A DNA stretch of 64,000 bases from an uncultured Gammaproteobacteria bacterium (GCA_964418775.1 CAYQNA010000002.1:22181-86180); one strand, 5' to 3'; shown: positions 9,527-21,486, counted from the first letter of the stretch. Translations and numbers: made by a program. Notes: generated by a model from the sequence alone, not told the origin.

Positions 9527-10939
9527 TTAGATATTTGTTTCGCCGGCTAAAAATGGCGAGCCGACAGCAATGATGCTGTATCCTTTTTTGCACAAGGCCG
9601 AATATTGGTGTTGCAAAATACGACGTCCATCCATAATTAAGAATGGAGCCGATACCGTTGCCGCAATTGTTTCGGCCAAGTTTTTAAACTGTGGCCAATC
9701 AGTACCAATCACAACGGCCTGTGTACCTTGTAGTGCTTCGGCCTCGTTTTTGGTGTACGTAATTTTGCCGTACAACGGATTTTTAGCAGCATCAAAGTAG
9801 CGTGCGCATTCCGTCATGGCCGCCGGGTCATAGACTTTGACCTCAGCTGCACCAGCACCCAGTAATTGCTGGACAATTCCAATTACCCCTGAATTGCGGA
9901 TATCATTCGTGTCCTGCTTAAACGCCACCCCCAGTACGGCAACCGACTTACCCGCCCACTCCATGTGGGCTTCGGTTTCAGCACGACCAAAAAAGTGGTC
10001 ACGTTGAAAAACATTGGCTTCCAAAATACTGCGGACCAAATGAGCGTGTGTACCGGCTTGCTCCAATTGGTGCGCGAGCGAGGCTGCGTCTTTGATAAAA
10101 CAACTACCGCCCGCAAACAAACTATCATACAAACCCCAACTACCAATGCGCGGGTCAGCCACCAAAATTTTGCGCACCGACTCATAGCCAACTTTGTCAA
10201 AATATTCGCACGTGCGTCCAACTACATCAAACGTAGTCACGACTTTATTGAAGAGTAAAAAGTTTGCGAGGAGCTTACCACAAGCCGCTTCGTATGGATT
10301 TACTTCAATGTAAGTAATACTTGGAACATCACAAAAACGCTGGTACAACTGACGCATGATTGCAAAGTCCTCGGCTGAATTCGCGCCAACGACCACGCGG
10401 TCTGGGTGAATTGAGTCTTGTACTGCCTTGCCTTCGACCAAAAATTCTGGATTAGCGACAATCCCAAAATTTTGTACACCCTCGGCCGCAAACCATTCGG
10501 CCGTGTAATCAATCATGCGAATTGGCACTGTGCTTTTATTGATGATGACCAAACGCCGTGATTGTGCGCCGCCATTTCGTGCGGCCAACAACGGACCAAT
10601 TGTTTTTACGGCCGCCTGATAGTACGACAAATCAGACTCGCCCTCGGCGCCAGCTTTTTCAGGCGTTGGCAAACACATAAACACCGCATCCACACTCTCG
10701 CAAAAAGCAGCGACATCGCCAATTTCAGTGCTAAATGTAATACGTGACTGGTTACGAATCAAGAGCTCGGCCAGACCCTCTTCGTGTAGACACGACTTGA
10801 TCGTATCCCGGTCGCCACTCCCAAGCTTGCGGACTTTTTCTTTGTCAACGTCAAATACAAGCACTTGATGCCCGGAATCAGCTGATACGGCCGCAGAACA
10901 AGCCCCTACAAATCCCCCACCAATATATAGAATGTTCAT
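9527..10939 (-). CDS. ugd: UDP-glucose 6-dehydrogenase
   Basis: [41 protein letters not shown]. Confidence 0.9.
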   Translation of the reverse strand: MNILYIGGGFVGACSAAVSADSGHQVLVFDVDKEKVRKLGSGDRDTIKSCLHEEGLAELLIRNQSRITFSTEIGDVAAFCESVDAVFMCLPTPEKAGAEGESDLSYYQAAVKTIGPLLAARNGGAQSRRLVIINKSTVPIRMIDYTAEWFAAEGVQNFGIVANPEFLVEGKAVQDSIHPDRVVVGANSAEDFAIMRQLYQRFCDVPSITYIEVNPYEAACGKLLANFLLFNKVVTTFDVVGRTCEYFDKVGYESVRKILVADPRIGSWGLYDSLFAGGSCFIKDAASLAHQLEQAGTHAHLVRSILEANVFQRDHFFGRAETEAHMEWAGKSVAVLGVAFKQDTNDIRNSGVIGIVQQLLGAGAAEVKVYDPAAMTECARYFDAAKNPLYGKITYTKNEAEALQGTQAVVIGTDWPQFKNLAETIAATVSAPFLIMDGRRILQHQYSALCKKGYSIIAVGSPFLAGETNI

Positions 10940-11874
10940 ACTTTTGTTTTAAAATATTCAATCGTGGTGCTTAGACCAGTCTCCAAATCAACTTGCGGGT
11001 ACCAACCTAGTGACTTGCGCGCCTTGCGAATATCCGGCTTGCGACGCACCGGATCGTCCTGGGGTAAATCGCGATACACAATCCCACTCTTTGAACCAGT
11101 TAAATTAATTACTGTTTTAGCTAATTTTTTAACCTTGTATTCATCTGGATTACCCAGATTTACTGGGCCAGTTATATCTTGTTCAGTGGCCATCATCTTT
11201 ACAATTCCATCTACGAGGTCAGCTACGTAGCAGAAACTACGCGTTTGATTACCTTTTCCATATAGCGTAATTGGTTCGCCTCGCAATGCCTGCACAATAA
11301 AATTCGAAACCACCCGCCCATCATTTAGCGCCATACGTGATCCATATGTGTTAAAAATCCGAACCACCTTGATTTTTAAACCATAGGTCCGGCGATAGTC
11401 AAAGCATAAGGTCTCGGCCACGCGTTTACCCTCATCATAACATGCGCGTGGACCAATTGGATTTACATTGCCGCGGTATTCCTCTACTTGCGGATGCACT
11501 TCCGGATCACCGTATATCTCGCTGGTTGAGGCTTGTAAAATTGTAGCGCCATGTTTCCGGGCTAATTCCAGCATATTAATCATGCCAATCGTGTTTACTT
11601 TAATTGTCTCAATCGCGCTGCTTTGATAGTGCACAGGTGAAGCTGGGCAAGCCAAATTATAGATTTCATGAACAGTTTCTTTAATTTCCACTGGTTCAAT
11701 GATGTCGTGCTTGAGCAATGTAAAGTTTGAATCTGACTGCAAATGAGTCACGTTATCAGGGCTTCCAGTTAAAAAATTATCAATACAAATTACACGGTTC
11801 CCCTCGGCTAACAATCGCTCGCACAAATGTGAACCCACAAATCCCGCACCGCCTGTGACGACAATAGTCTTCAT
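10936..11874 (-). CDS. uxs: UDP-glucuronate decarboxylase (UDP-xylose synthase)
   Basis: [42 protein letters not shown]; adjacent to ugd. Confidence 0.92.
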   Translation of the reverse strand: MKTIVVTGGAGFVGSHLCERLLAEGNRVICIDNFLTGSPDNVTHLQSDSNFTLLKHDIIEPVEIKETVHEIYNLACPASPVHYQSSAIETIKVNTIGMINMLELARKHGATILQASTSEIYGDPEVHPQVEEYRGNVNPIGPRACYDEGKRVAETLCFDYRRTYGLKIKVVRIFNTYGSRMALNDGRVVSNFIVQALRGEPITLYGKGNQTRSFCYVADLVDGIVKMMATEQDITGPVNLGNPDEYKVKKLAKTVINLTGSKSGIVYRDLPQDDPVRRKPDIRKARKSLGWYPQVDLETGLSTTIEYFKTKV

Positions 11875-11875
11875 A

Positions 11876-12742
11876 TCAGTTTTTTGGTTTACAAATGTTT
11901 TGGAGCAACGCTAAACCCAAACGAGTTTTAATACCAGACCAAACAGCTGCTTTCAAAAATACGTTGTGCTTTGTCCCCCAGTGCTTATCATAATACAACC
12001 ACATGGCGTCGTAAAAATTAACGATTGATTTTGTGCGGCGTTTTTTGGAGCTAGCCCCACCATAGTGAATAATTTCAGCAGTGTGCACAAACATTGTTTT
12101 CCAACCACGGTCAAAGACTTGTTTAGAAAAATCCAAGTCCTCACCATACATGAAGAAACGCTCATCAAAACCACCGGTCGCTTCAAATACTTCCCGACGG
12201 AACATCATGGCCGCGCCAGACAAAGCCTCCACTGGCTCTGTTACATTAGGCTCACGATTATAGCCTTTGTATGCATTCACTCGGGCACTCTTACGGAATA
12301 TTTTTACGAGCCCAAACAAATGATAAAACGATGATAATGGTGTTGGCAACATGCGGCGGCAAGCATGCTGGAATGTATGGTCTGCGTTCAAAACTTTTGG
12401 GCCAATCATCATAACATCGGAATGCTCCTCCAGATACGCCACCATTTTTTCGAGCGCACGATCAAGGACGACCGTGTCACTATTCAATAACATGATATAT
12501 TGGCCTTTAGCCAAACGCATACCCTGGTTATTAGCCTTGCCAAACCCAAGATTGGTGGCATTTTCTACAATTATAATTTGTGGGAATTGTGAGCGCAATG
12601 CTTCCACACTACCGTCGGCTGAATTATTATCAATTAAAATTACTTCAAACAGTAGTGCTTTGGTTTGCTCAAAAACCGAGGCAATCGCGGCTGCGGTCAA
12701 TTCTTTGGTTTTCCAATTTACAATAACGATTGAGAGCTTCAT
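11876..12742 (-). CDS. GT2, WbbL/rhamnosyltransferase-like
   Basis: [28 protein letters not shown]. Confidence 0.88.
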   Translation of the reverse strand: MKLSIVIVNWKTKELTAAAIASVFEQTKALLFEVILIDNNSADGSVEALRSQFPQIIIVENATNLGFGKANNQGMRLAKGQYIMLLNSDTVVLDRALEKMVAYLEEHSDVMMIGPKVLNADHTFQHACRRMLPTPLSSFYHLFGLVKIFRKSARVNAYKGYNREPNVTEPVEALSGAAMMFRREVFEATGGFDERFFMYGEDLDFSKQVFDRGWKTMFVHTAEIIHYGGASSKKRRTKSIVNFYDAMWLYYDKHWGTKHNVFLKAAVWSGIKTRLGLALLQNICKPKN

Positions 12743-13689
12743 AACGGCTTATGAATACGCCCGGTGAAGAGTTCAAATTTACCAAATAACCAGCCGGCCA
12801 TTTTGGCCAAGTCACCAGCAATGAGTAAGAGCGCCAGCGGAACTACACTAGACAGACGAACCGCGTAACCCTGCTTTTCCGTAAATCGAAACCAACGGAG
12901 CGCGTACTTTTGCACATAGTCTAAGCCTGCCAAATACAGAAATGGGATTGACCACACTGGGCCCACACAAGCAATCACAATAAACGCAGTGTAAGCGACA
13001 AAGCGTGCTGCTTGTCGCCACCAGTTAAGACCCGCATGACCTTCGCTGCGAGTGTAATTAAAGACCTGTTTTAAATAGGCTTGAATTGTAGGGCGTGGCC
13101 GCCAAAATACGAGCGGTTGACGCACGAGTGCGAGTTTGCCAACTTTGGCCAAAGCACGGTCAAAAAGCACGTCTTCACAGAATGGCAACCACGTTGGGTA
13201 GCCCTGAACAGTATGCCATAGGGTTTGGCGGAAGGCAACCGAACGACTCGATGGCAACCAATCAATCTCGAACTCAGGCGCTGACGGTGTAGTAAGGGCC
13301 GCAATCATGGTCTGTAACCACGTTGCGCTCGCGAGGCCTGGCCCAAACGCCGTTGCAGACCAATCCCCTTCGCCAAACTCGATTGGACGCACAATTTCCG
13401 CCAACCATTCTGGCGCATACGTACAGCCTGCATCTGTAACCACGATAATGTCACCCTTGGCCACAGCAATCGCCGCGTTGCGCCCGGTCGCAATATTACC
13501 GGACACTTGCTTGACCACCAAATTTGGGATCTGAGCCGCCGTCTCCTGTAGCCATTCCCACGTGCCATCGGTTGAACCACCGTCAACAATTACCCACTCA
13601 TCAGGCTGACGTTTTTGCAATGACAAACTATACCACCAACTGGCAATGGAGTTTTTTTCGTTGCGGACCGTGGCAATGAGCGAAATCAT
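12739..13689 (-). CDS. GT2 glycosyltransferase with C-terminal membrane segment
   Basis: VDGGSTDGT, TDAG, CEDVLF. Confidence 0.85.
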   Translation of the reverse strand: MISLIATVRNEKNSIASWWYSLSLQKRQPDEWVIVDGGSTDGTWEWLQETAAQIPNLVVKQVSGNIATGRNAAIAVAKGDIIVVTDAGCTYAPEWLAEIVRPIEFGEGDWSATAFGPGLASATWLQTMIAALTTPSAPEFEIDWLPSSRSVAFRQTLWHTVQGYPTWLPFCEDVLFDRALAKVGKLALVRQPLVFWRPRPTIQAYLKQVFNYTRSEGHAGLNWWRQAARFVAYTAFIVIACVGPVWSIPFLYLAGLDYVQKYALRWFRFTEKQGYAVRLSSVVPLALLLIAGDLAKMAGWLFGKFELFTGRIHKPL

Positions 13690-14570
13690 ACAATATTTTT
13701 CAGGCGCTTGAGAAGCAAACTCAGCGGTCCGAGGATTTTCACTTCAGCCGCAATTACCGAACGACGTGGGCCGCGATAATTTTTATTTACAAACAACCAC
13801 AAACTATCAAGCATGCGGCGCAAACGGCGTGGATCAAACGCAGTTTTGTAACTGCCGCCATACACATGCATAACTGGGTCAGTCGAAATTACGTGGCACT
13901 CCCAACCAGCCTGACCCAAACGCCAACACAAATCAGTTTCCTCGAAATACATAAAGTATTCTTCGGCAAGCAAACCGACTTTGTCGAGCGCAGCGCGACG
14001 CAACAGTACGGCCGCCCCAGTCACATAATCAAGCACTAAACCAGTCTCTGGAATCGGTTGTGGATATAGGGCAAGGCTATGCAAACGACGACGCCACGCC
14101 GCCGGCAAAAACCACGTAAACGGAATTAAATAATACAAAACATTTATAGGTGTTGGAAAAAATCCACCTACCGATTGCCATGCGCGCGTTGGGTACACAA
14201 GCTGCGGCCCGACTGCACCAACCCGAGGATTAGCCGATATATGTTCAACCAATTGAGCCAAACTTTTGGCGCCGGTTTCTGTGTCGCTATTCAAAAGCCA
14301 CACAAATGGCTGATTTACAACCGTACGAATTGCTTGATTATTCGCTTTAGCAAATCCGACATTTTCTTGATTTTCTAAAATAATAACCTCAGGAAATTCA
14401 CGCTGCACGCGCTCGACCGTTTCATCACCCGAAGCATTATCAACCATAATTATTTGCTCAGGGGCAACGGTAGAGTTGTATAACGCAGCCAAAGCCTTGC
14501 ACGTTAAATCTGGCGTTTTCCAGTTCACCACAATTACCGACACTGGTACGCGCGGTTTAGCGGCGTTCAT
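13686..14570 (-). CDS. GT2, WbbL-like paralog
   Basis: NVGFAKANN, LLNSDT, YFMYFEETD; likely start MNAAKPR at 14570. Confidence 0.85.
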   Translation of the reverse strand: MNAAKPRVPVSVIVVNWKTPDLTCKALAALYNSTVAPEQIIMVDNASGDETVERVQREFPEVIILENQENVGFAKANNQAIRTVVNQPFVWLLNSDTETGAKSLAQLVEHISANPRVGAVGPQLVYPTRAWQSVGGFFPTPINVLYYLIPFTWFLPAAWRRRLHSLALYPQPIPETGLVLDYVTGAAVLLRRAALDKVGLLAEEYFMYFEETDLCWRLGQAGWECHVISTDPVMHVYGGSYKTAFDPRRLRRMLDSLWLFVNKNYRGPRRSVIAAEVKILGPLSLLLKRLKNIV

Positions 14571-16716
14571 ACAAATCAAATTGGACTTTGAAAAAACCAA
14601 TTGTTTTTCCGCGCACAAAACCCTCTTGTCCCAAAATCTCTCTGGTTTTGCCTTGCGGATCTTTTTGCCATTCTAAAAACTGTGAAAACCACACCCGCCG
14701 TACACCGGCCAATTCAGCACGCATGTGCGCACCAATCGCAACATAATCGGTTGCATCAACCAAATCATCAGGCCAGGTGCTAATAATCTTTACTGGCTTA
14801 GTTTGGTAAGCGGTGTAGGTTGGTGGCGGCTGTAAGTCCCCAATAAACATAACCGCGTCAGTCACTTGTAATTCTGCTTCCACCTGAGGCACTACGGTTT
14901 TCCATGGTTCGCGTGCATACCATGGATTAAACCAGTACAAACCATTAATAATTAAACTGCAGCTAATTACAATCACAGTCGCTACAAGACCCAAACGAGT
15001 TTTTTTATTCCATAGATATTGAATACTGTTAACCAAGAGAATCACATATAACGGAAACAACGGCGTGTAATAACGCGGGTCAAAAATAGAAAACCGTGTG
15101 GCCGAGATACCAAGACAGACTGCTATGGTTACAAGTATTTGCCACCACAAAATTTCCATAACCTGGTTGCGACGATCGGTTTTCCACCATTGCCACAGTC
15201 CGGTCAAGCCGATGGCGAAACTAAACAAACTAATTGCCGTTGGCCAATATTGATGCACGTGATTCAAGTCAGTCACTGATACGCGGCCACCAGCAAAACC
15301 AGCCGCAATAATGGCGGGGATCTGCCACCACGGAATAGACAAAAAATGAGTGGGCTGTTCCCCTGCACGGTGCAGTACCACACTAAACAACCACGGACTA
15401 TACAAAATTGTTACAATCAGCCATGGCCAGAAGCAGCGCCACCAAGCCGAACGCTGTCTAAAAACAACATACAGACACTGCGCGACCATTAAAAATGCAC
15501 ACGGATAAAATAACCACAGTGCAAGTAAAGAATAAAGACCATACCGCCACTTATCATAACGTGTTCGAGACGAATCCTTTTTTACCAAATCAGCAAATGC
15601 ATAGAACTGCAAAGCACTCACCAAAACAATGGCCATATATGAACGCAATTCACTGGCATAGAATATACCGAACGGTACAATACTGGCAGCCAGTAGTACC
15701 AGGCTTCGCTGCCACTTTTCCTGAGTATGCAGGGCAATTGCTCTTTTATAAATAACCCACAAAAACAGCGTATACCAGACCGTGCTCCAACTGCGCAGGG
15801 CAACTACTCCAAAATCGCTAAGTGGACCAATCGCATGCAAAAATAAATAGTACAAAGGCGGGTGCAAATCCACGCTCTGTGCCAGGTGAACAATCGAGCT
15901 AACTGAACCCTGCGCAAATTTACGACTAAGTCCTTCGTCGAGCCACATGGACTGACTGGCCGAAGTTGCCAATGCAACCGCAGCCACCAGTACAAAGACA
16001 GCCAACACAGGCCAATTAACCCAGGCATGACGCCCAGCCTTAAGTGCCCCATAGGTCAATAATTGTTTGGCAAAAAACCAGTACTCAGTCAAATTTAATT
16101 TTGAAGAACTATGACGGCGCATGCGAAACAAAAAAGCCCGTTCGGCCGTGCGCGAATAATGACCCTTTACCAAAATTTCCAATAAAATTTTGTATCCAAC
16201 TGTGTTCAAATTTACACCTTCAATTACGCTACGACGGAACACAAAATAGCCGCTGAGCGGGTCCTGAACGCCAGTCAAACGACGTGCGAGCGCGACACCG
16301 GTTTGTGATAATAATTTACGACCAAGTTGCCAATTCTCTACACTACTACCTTCGGCAAAACGACTGCCAATCGCAATTTCCACTGTCTCTAAATCCTTAA
16401 ACAACTGTGGCAAAATAGTTGGGTCATGACTCAAGTCTGCGTCCATGACTGCTAAATACGGACGGTCAGAGGCAGCAAAACCAGCTCGCACGGCTGAACC
16501 AAGCCCCTGCTTACCGGCACGGTGTAGCACTTTTACTGGATACTGCCGACCTAATTCATCAGCCACGTTGCCCGTACCGTCTGGCGAATTGTCGTCAACC
16601 ACAATATACTCCAAATCCAACCACGACCGGTCAATCGCCTGTTCAATTTCTGCAACTAAAAGTGGCAAATTTTCTGCCTCATTATATGTTGGAATTATCA
16701 GTGATGCGCGAATCAT
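14557..16716 (-). CDS. Fusion of polyprenol-phosphate-mannose synthase-like GT2 and multi-TM GT-C glycosyltransferase
   Basis: N-term PTYNE, DDNSPDGT, MDADLSH, GYKILLE; C-term SMWLDE, DLHPPLYY, ELRSY and many TMs. Confidence 0.85.
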   Translation of the reverse strand: MIRASLIIPTYNEAENLPLLVAEIEQAIDRSWLDLEYIVVDDNSPDGTGNVADELGRQYPVKVLHRAGKQGLGSAVRAGFAASDRPYLAVMDADLSHDPTILPQLFKDLETVEIAIGSRFAEGSSVENWQLGRKLLSQTGVALARRLTGVQDPLSGYFVFRRSVIEGVNLNTVGYKILLEILVKGHYSRTAERAFLFRMRRHSSSKLNLTEYWFFAKQLLTYGALKAGRHAWVNWPVLAVFVLVAAVALATSASQSMWLDEGLSRKFAQGSVSSIVHLAQSVDLHPPLYYLFLHAIGPLSDFGVVALRSWSTVWYTLFLWVIYKRAIALHTQEKWQRSLVLLAASIVPFGIFYASELRSYMAIVLVSALQFYAFADLVKKDSSRTRYDKWRYGLYSLLALWLFYPCAFLMVAQCLYVVFRQRSAWWRCFWPWLIVTILYSPWLFSVVLHRAGEQPTHFLSIPWWQIPAIIAAGFAGGRVSVTDLNHVHQYWPTAISLFSFAIGLTGLWQWWKTDRRNQVMEILWWQILVTIAVCLGISATRFSIFDPRYYTPLFPLYVILLVNSIQYLWNKKTRLGLVATVIVISCSLIINGLYWFNPWYAREPWKTVVPQVEAELQVTDAVMFIGDLQPPPTYTAYQTKPVKIISTWPDDLVDATDYVAIGAHMRAELAGVRRVWFSQFLEWQKDPQGKTREILGQEGFVRGKTIGFFKVQFDLYERR

Positions 16717-16718
16717 AC

Positions 16719-17609
16719 TTACAATTTATAACACAATAGATTGAGATATGTGCGATCTGTGTAAGATTCCAACGAAGGCCATTTTTTATCAACCAAAATC
16801 AAAGCCTCGTCTTTTTCACTAATCTCATAAATCACAAATCCCGAATTCCACAAACGTTCAATTAAATCTGTAGGTCTAGGCATAGTGGCGGCAAGCCCTG
16901 CGGGCCAATATTCCAAAAATAAAACTAAACTATGCGAACCTTGTAGCGTTTGCTCCATGCCTTTTAGGACAAAATTTTCGGCCCCCTGAACATCAATCTT
17001 AATAAGATTAACATTGTTAATGTTATTGTGTTTGGCAAATTCATCAAAGCGCCATGTATCAATCACCACACCCTTGCGGTCTTCTTTAAGTTCCGAGACA
17101 ATGCGATGATCCCCTTTATTATCAGGCGATAAATACAAAGTGGATTTACCGGTTTGCTCAGAGAGAGCAGCAGCAACTGGCTTTATTTGGGGCATGCTGT
17201 TGGTTTGAGCATTTTGCTGGAGCAGCGCAAAATTTTCTGGATCAGGTTCAAAAGCGTAAATCTGGCCAGTTGACCCAACCACGGAAGCGGCCAAAACTGA
17301 GTAGTAACCGATATTTGCTCCCACATCAATAACCGTCATTCCAGGACGTAAATGATGCAAAAAAATCTTAGTGGCATACGGCTCATAGACATTAAACAAA
17401 AGCGCCGTAGAAATTACCGGATCAGTGGTGTTTAGATTCAAAGTACCCCAGGGCAAACTTATTTTTTCTGGAATAATAGTCAGAAGCAAACGGTGTAACA
17501 CTGACTTAATATAGCGACTGTTAACCAAAGCCAAATACGTACTAATAAAAAAAGCAGCTGGTAGGCAGGCCCGCAACGCCTTTATTACAGTGAAGAGTAG
17601 TTTTTTCAT
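16719..17609 (-). CDS. FkbM-family methyltransferase
   Basis: DVGANIGYYS, AFEPDP, IKIDVQGAE. Confidence 0.9.
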   Translation of the reverse strand: MKKLLFTVIKALRACLPAAFFISTYLALVNSRYIKSVLHRLLLTIIPEKISLPWGTLNLNTTDPVISTALLFNVYEPYATKIFLHHLRPGMTVIDVGANIGYYSVLAASVVGSTGQIYAFEPDPENFALLQQNAQTNSMPQIKPVAAALSEQTGKSTLYLSPDNKGDHRIVSELKEDRKGVVIDTWRFDEFAKHNNINNVNLIKIDVQGAENFVLKGMEQTLQGSHSLVLFLEYWPAGLAATMPRPTDLIERLWNSGFVIYEISEKDEALILVDKKWPSLESYTDRTYLNLLCYKL

Positions 17610-19249
17610 AATTTTTTAGCAACAAACACATTTTGTACTGCCCACCAACCTGGATATTTCTGCAAAATCCATTGGCCAGTTTTTCCTAGACCCAGCTGCT
17701 GGGCCCAGCGTTCAATGTCACCGCGCGGACGCACACTCTGTACCTGCAAACCAACACTCTCCAATAATTCGCACGCTGTTTTTTGGGTGTAAAAATGCAC
17801 GTGCGTACGGTCAAGAATGCCAGTGTCAGTCATAGTCCAATTACCACGCAGCAAACCCAAGCGAACTGAATAGTGTGCCACATTAGGCAGAGAAATTACA
17901 AACGTGCCCTCTGGTTTTAAGAGTGGACGCAATTGACGAAGTATTTCGGCAGGGTCGAGCAAATGCTCAAGCACATCACCAAGCAAAATATGGTCAAATG
18001 TTTTACCAGCCAAAACATTATTAGCCAACACTTTTTCCACATCACCAACAAACACATTCTCATACCCCTGGGCCTGCGCGACCTCGGCCACCGCTGGCAT
18101 TGACTCAATCCCCCACACTTTAGCGTGCTGGCGCAGGTGTACCCAATGACCTAAATATCCACTTGCACAGCCCACATCGAGCACGGTTGACTGTGGTTTA
18201 ATCGCATCCACCAAGAGCATGTGCGTCCCGGTTGGCTCAGTGGAAAAATTATAAGTAAATTCTGATTTTTCCGCAGCCGCATGATTTTTCGTACCCACAA
18301 TCATCAGACCCTGACCGCGATTAAGCGGAGTTAACGACTCAACGATTGAATTAATTGGATTCAAAATAATATTTACTGCCACCTGTACTACCTTAACGCG
18401 GCTCAAAACTTTGGCTGCAGCCACAATTACACGGATTGCCCGAGATTTTTCCTTGTATTTACCATCAAATAAATCAATATAATATTGAACAGGCCAAATC
18501 ACACCCCAGATTTTTTTTACCACCGGCAAAACAAACCCATTCTTCTCCCAGCGCGCCACACAGTCAGTAGGAAGCTCCAAGCCCACATGGCCACCAATCT
18601 TTTCAACCAAATATTCTTGAAATAAATCCGGATAGCGATGCGCAAAGCGGAAAAAAATATTATTACTGTCTGTTTCAATTACATGAATTGTACGCCCGGC
18701 GGGTTTCATCACGCGACGAATCTCTTGTTGCAAAGCGTCCTTGTCTACGTTGCGCACGTGGCCCAAAAAATCTGAGCTAACCACATAATCAAACGTGTTA
18801 TCCGCAAAAGGCAAGCGCATGACACCGCTCTGGATAGTCAACTGGTACCGATCTTTGGCAATCTTTAAGGCATCGTGCGACAAATCAACGCCGACTACAT
18901 ACCCGTATTTAGTAAAATAATCGCGCCCTGCTCCGCACGCCAAGTCCAAAATTGTTTGATTGGTGCCCTTTAAATGACGGCGAAAAAACCGTTCACGGCG
19001 ATATGCCAAACTAATTGTTTCCAAAATCTTTTTAAAAATACTTTGACGATTCAAACCCTGGAACCATTTTTGGCCATGTTCATCATGATAAATAGTATCG
19101 TAGTAGTCTTTGTCTTTTTCTTGTACGACAGCTTGGTCAACCCATACACCTTCGCGCAAAACCAAACTAAATGAGCAACGCGAACAACGCCATTCAGTTG
19201 GCATTGACGTCATTTCACATTTGCACATTGGGCACCACAAAGAAATCAT
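17606..19249 (-). CDS. Tandem class I SAM methyltransferase with N-terminal Zn ribbon
   Basis: CPMC...CSRC; ILDLACGAG and second VLDVGCASG...GDVLEHL domains. Confidence 0.85.
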   Translation of the reverse strand: MISLWCPMCKCEMTSMPTEWRCSRCSFSLVLREGVWVDQAVVQEKDKDYYDTIYHDEHGQKWFQGLNRQSIFKKILETISLAYRRERFFRRHLKGTNQTILDLACGAGRDYFTKYGYVVGVDLSHDALKIAKDRYQLTIQSGVMRLPFADNTFDYVVSSDFLGHVRNVDKDALQQEIRRVMKPAGRTIHVIETDSNNIFFRFAHRYPDLFQEYLVEKIGGHVGLELPTDCVARWEKNGFVLPVVKKIWGVIWPVQYYIDLFDGKYKEKSRAIRVIVAAAKVLSRVKVVQVAVNIILNPINSIVESLTPLNRGQGLMIVGTKNHAAAEKSEFTYNFSTEPTGTHMLLVDAIKPQSTVLDVGCASGYLGHWVHLRQHAKVWGIESMPAVAEVAQAQGYENVFVGDVEKVLANNVLAGKTFDHILLGDVLEHLLDPAEILRQLRPLLKPEGTFVISLPNVAHYSVRLGLLRGNWTMTDTGILDRTHVHFYTQKTACELLESVGLQVQSVRPRGDIERWAQQLGLGKTGQWILQKYPGWWAVQNVFVAKKL

Positions 19250-20412
19250 ACAGTCAGTCGCTGATATATTTGAACTAATTTTTGTTGGAACAATTTACTA
19301 CTAAACCTAACCTGGGCTGCTGCGCAATTCTGCTGCAATTTTTGATACACACTTTCGGTTTGCATCGCTTGCAGCGCTTCAGCTAATTCCAACGGACTGC
19401 CGGGCGATACCAAAATTCCCGCATCGCCAACAACTTCGGGAATTGCACCCGAGTGTGTACTGATCACTGGACAATTATTCATGATCGCCTCGGTCAGCAC
19501 ATAGCCAAACTGTTCTTGCCAAACCGACGTTGGCACACTGCCCAAAATCAAAGCGCGGGCGTGTTTGTACATCTGTCTTACGGTTTGATTTGGTAAACGG
19601 TCGATCATCACCACACTATCATGCAACCCAAGTTCATTCATGAGACGCTGCCAATTGGCTTTTTCCGGGCCGTTGCCAATTACCAACAACAAAGCTTGGG
19701 GATTTGTACGCACAAAAGCCTGCCACGCATACAACACATCATAAATCCCCTTTTCCTTAACTAAACGGCAAACCATCATGTACACTGCACGGCCGCGAAT
19801 CACTTCGGTAGACAATCCAGCCAATTCACTCAGTGACTGGTCGCTTGCATCTGGCATAACCACACCAGGTGTGAGGATTTCAATCTTACTCTCGTCAACT
19901 CCATAACTTAAAAGCAAGGCGCGGGCACTCTCACTAACTGGCAAAAATAAATCCACTCCAGCTTTATTTTCCGCTATTAACTTGGCAATTTTCGTACGCC
20001 AGTATTTTGGCGAGACAGCTAAACCGGGCCAGTAATTATACTCGTAACGTCCAAAAGAATTGTCCCACACCGTAGTCACTACTTTTAAATTTGGGTTCAT
20101 TTTTTTCGCGCGCACCGCCTGATTGGTCATGAAGTACGAAATTTCCGCTGTGTGCGCAATCGAAAAATCAGTCAGTGCAGATTCCAAACCACTCATTTTT
20201 TGAACCACACCTTGCGTATAAAAAAGGCGTGCCGCATTGAGGCGCGAGTCACTACTGCATGGCAAATGCGTAATCGGATATCTCAAATTCGCAGTCGAAA
20301 ACGAATTGCGACCACTACAAAAACCAACGACCTTAACCCCAACTGGTAACCCCTCCCACAGTTTACCCTCCCATTCGTTCAGAGAAGCTCCTCTAACCAA
20401 AGCCACCTTCAT
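19246..20412 (-). CDS. GT4 glycosyltransferase
   Basis: RLVKEKG, EQFGYVLTEA. Confidence 0.88.
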   Translation of the reverse strand: MKVALVRGASLNEWEGKLWEGLPVGVKVVGFCSGRNSFSTANLRYPITHLPCSSDSRLNAARLFYTQGVVQKMSGLESALTDFSIAHTAEISYFMTNQAVRAKKMNPNLKVVTTVWDNSFGRYEYNYWPGLAVSPKYWRTKIAKLIAENKAGVDLFLPVSESARALLLSYGVDESKIEILTPGVVMPDASDQSLSELAGLSTEVIRGRAVYMMVCRLVKEKGIYDVLYAWQAFVRTNPQALLLVIGNGPEKANWQRLMNELGLHDSVVMIDRLPNQTVRQMYKHARALILGSVPTSVWQEQFGYVLTEAIMNNCPVISTHSGAIPEVVGDAGILVSPGSPLELAEALQAMQTESVYQKLQQNCAAAQVRFSSKLFQQKLVQIYQRLTV

Positions 20413-20500
20413 AAAAATACCGTAATTTTAGCAAAAAAAATCGCTTTTCTCTAGCCACATCCTATCATAAACCAAAAAAATAATCAATCTGTCTTTACGA

Positions 20501-21484
20501 TTAAGCCCTTTGCTGGATTGCCTCCATTTGGGCTACAATTTTTTGTCCAAACCCAAAGCCTGTTTCCGGCTTCTGACCAGAACGCACACAGTCCACAAAA
20601 TGTTCCAGTTGGTTTTGGAGTGGTTCGCCCCCCTGTACCGACACCACTTCGGGCGGAATCGCCGCTAATTCCTTCATAAAATCAGACGAATGCTCCATGG
20701 TTGTGGTTGGGTATGGCCGATCGTACAGCTTTAGCTTATCAGTTGGCGCTGTGTCATTAAAAACGGCCACGCTCTTGTCCCCGACTACAATCATTTGGCG
20801 AGATTTTTCAGGCACAAACCACGAAGCAGTGACATGGGCACGTAAGCCATTTACATACTCGATAGTAGCCGTTGAAAAATCATCCACCCCTGGCGTGGCA
20901 ATAGAAAACGACTGATACGAACTTTTTTTAATTGCTCCGGGACTAAATAAATACTCGATCATTGACAATTCATGACCGGCGGCATCCGCAAAACTACCAA
21001 TATCCCGACGCAATGGTCCAAAATACCAGTTTTGTGCCAATACGTATGACACTTTACCTAGCCGGTCAGATTTAATTAATTCCTTTAGAGCACGGATATA
21101 ATCATTGTACACGTACTGAAACGCAACCATGACCGTGGATTGACCAATCCATGGCACCAATGTCGCGGCTTCGGCCAAATCCAAAACCATTGGCTTTTCG
21201 ACGAGTACATGCTTCCCAGCCTGCAGGGCTGATTTGATTAACGACACATGTGTGGAGGGTGGGGTAGCCACAATAAGGCAATCAATAGTAGGGTTATTGA
21301 TTACTTCAACTGCATCTACGGTTTGAATTGTTTGTGTCGATAAATACTGACGATTCAGCTCAAACATTTCTGTTGAACGGTTGGCTACAGCCACCAACTC
21401 GACTCCGGACATAGCCCCAAGCAAACGTGCATAGTGTTTACCAAAATGGCCAAAGCCTACCAAGCCAAATCGAAGTGCTTCCAT
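20501..21484 (-). CDS. Gfo/Idh/MocA-family oxidoreductase
   Basis: GLVGFGHFG, ATPPSTH, HVLVEKPM; likely start MEALRFG at 21484. Confidence 0.88.
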   Translation of the reverse strand: MEALRFGLVGFGHFGKHYARLLGAMSGVELVAVANRSTEMFELNRQYLSTQTIQTVDAVEVINNPTIDCLIVATPPSTHVSLIKSALQAGKHVLVEKPMVLDLAEAATLVPWIGQSTVMVAFQYVYNDYIRALKELIKSDRLGKVSYVLAQNWYFGPLRRDIGSFADAAGHELSMIEYLFSPGAIKKSSYQSFSIATPGVDDFSTATIEYVNGLRAHVTASWFVPEKSRQMIVVGDKSVAVFNDTAPTDKLKLYDRPYPTTTMEHSSDFMKELAAIPPEVVSVQGGEPLQNQLEHFVDCVRSGQKPETGFGFGQKIVAQMEAIQQRA

Positions 21485-21486
21485 AC

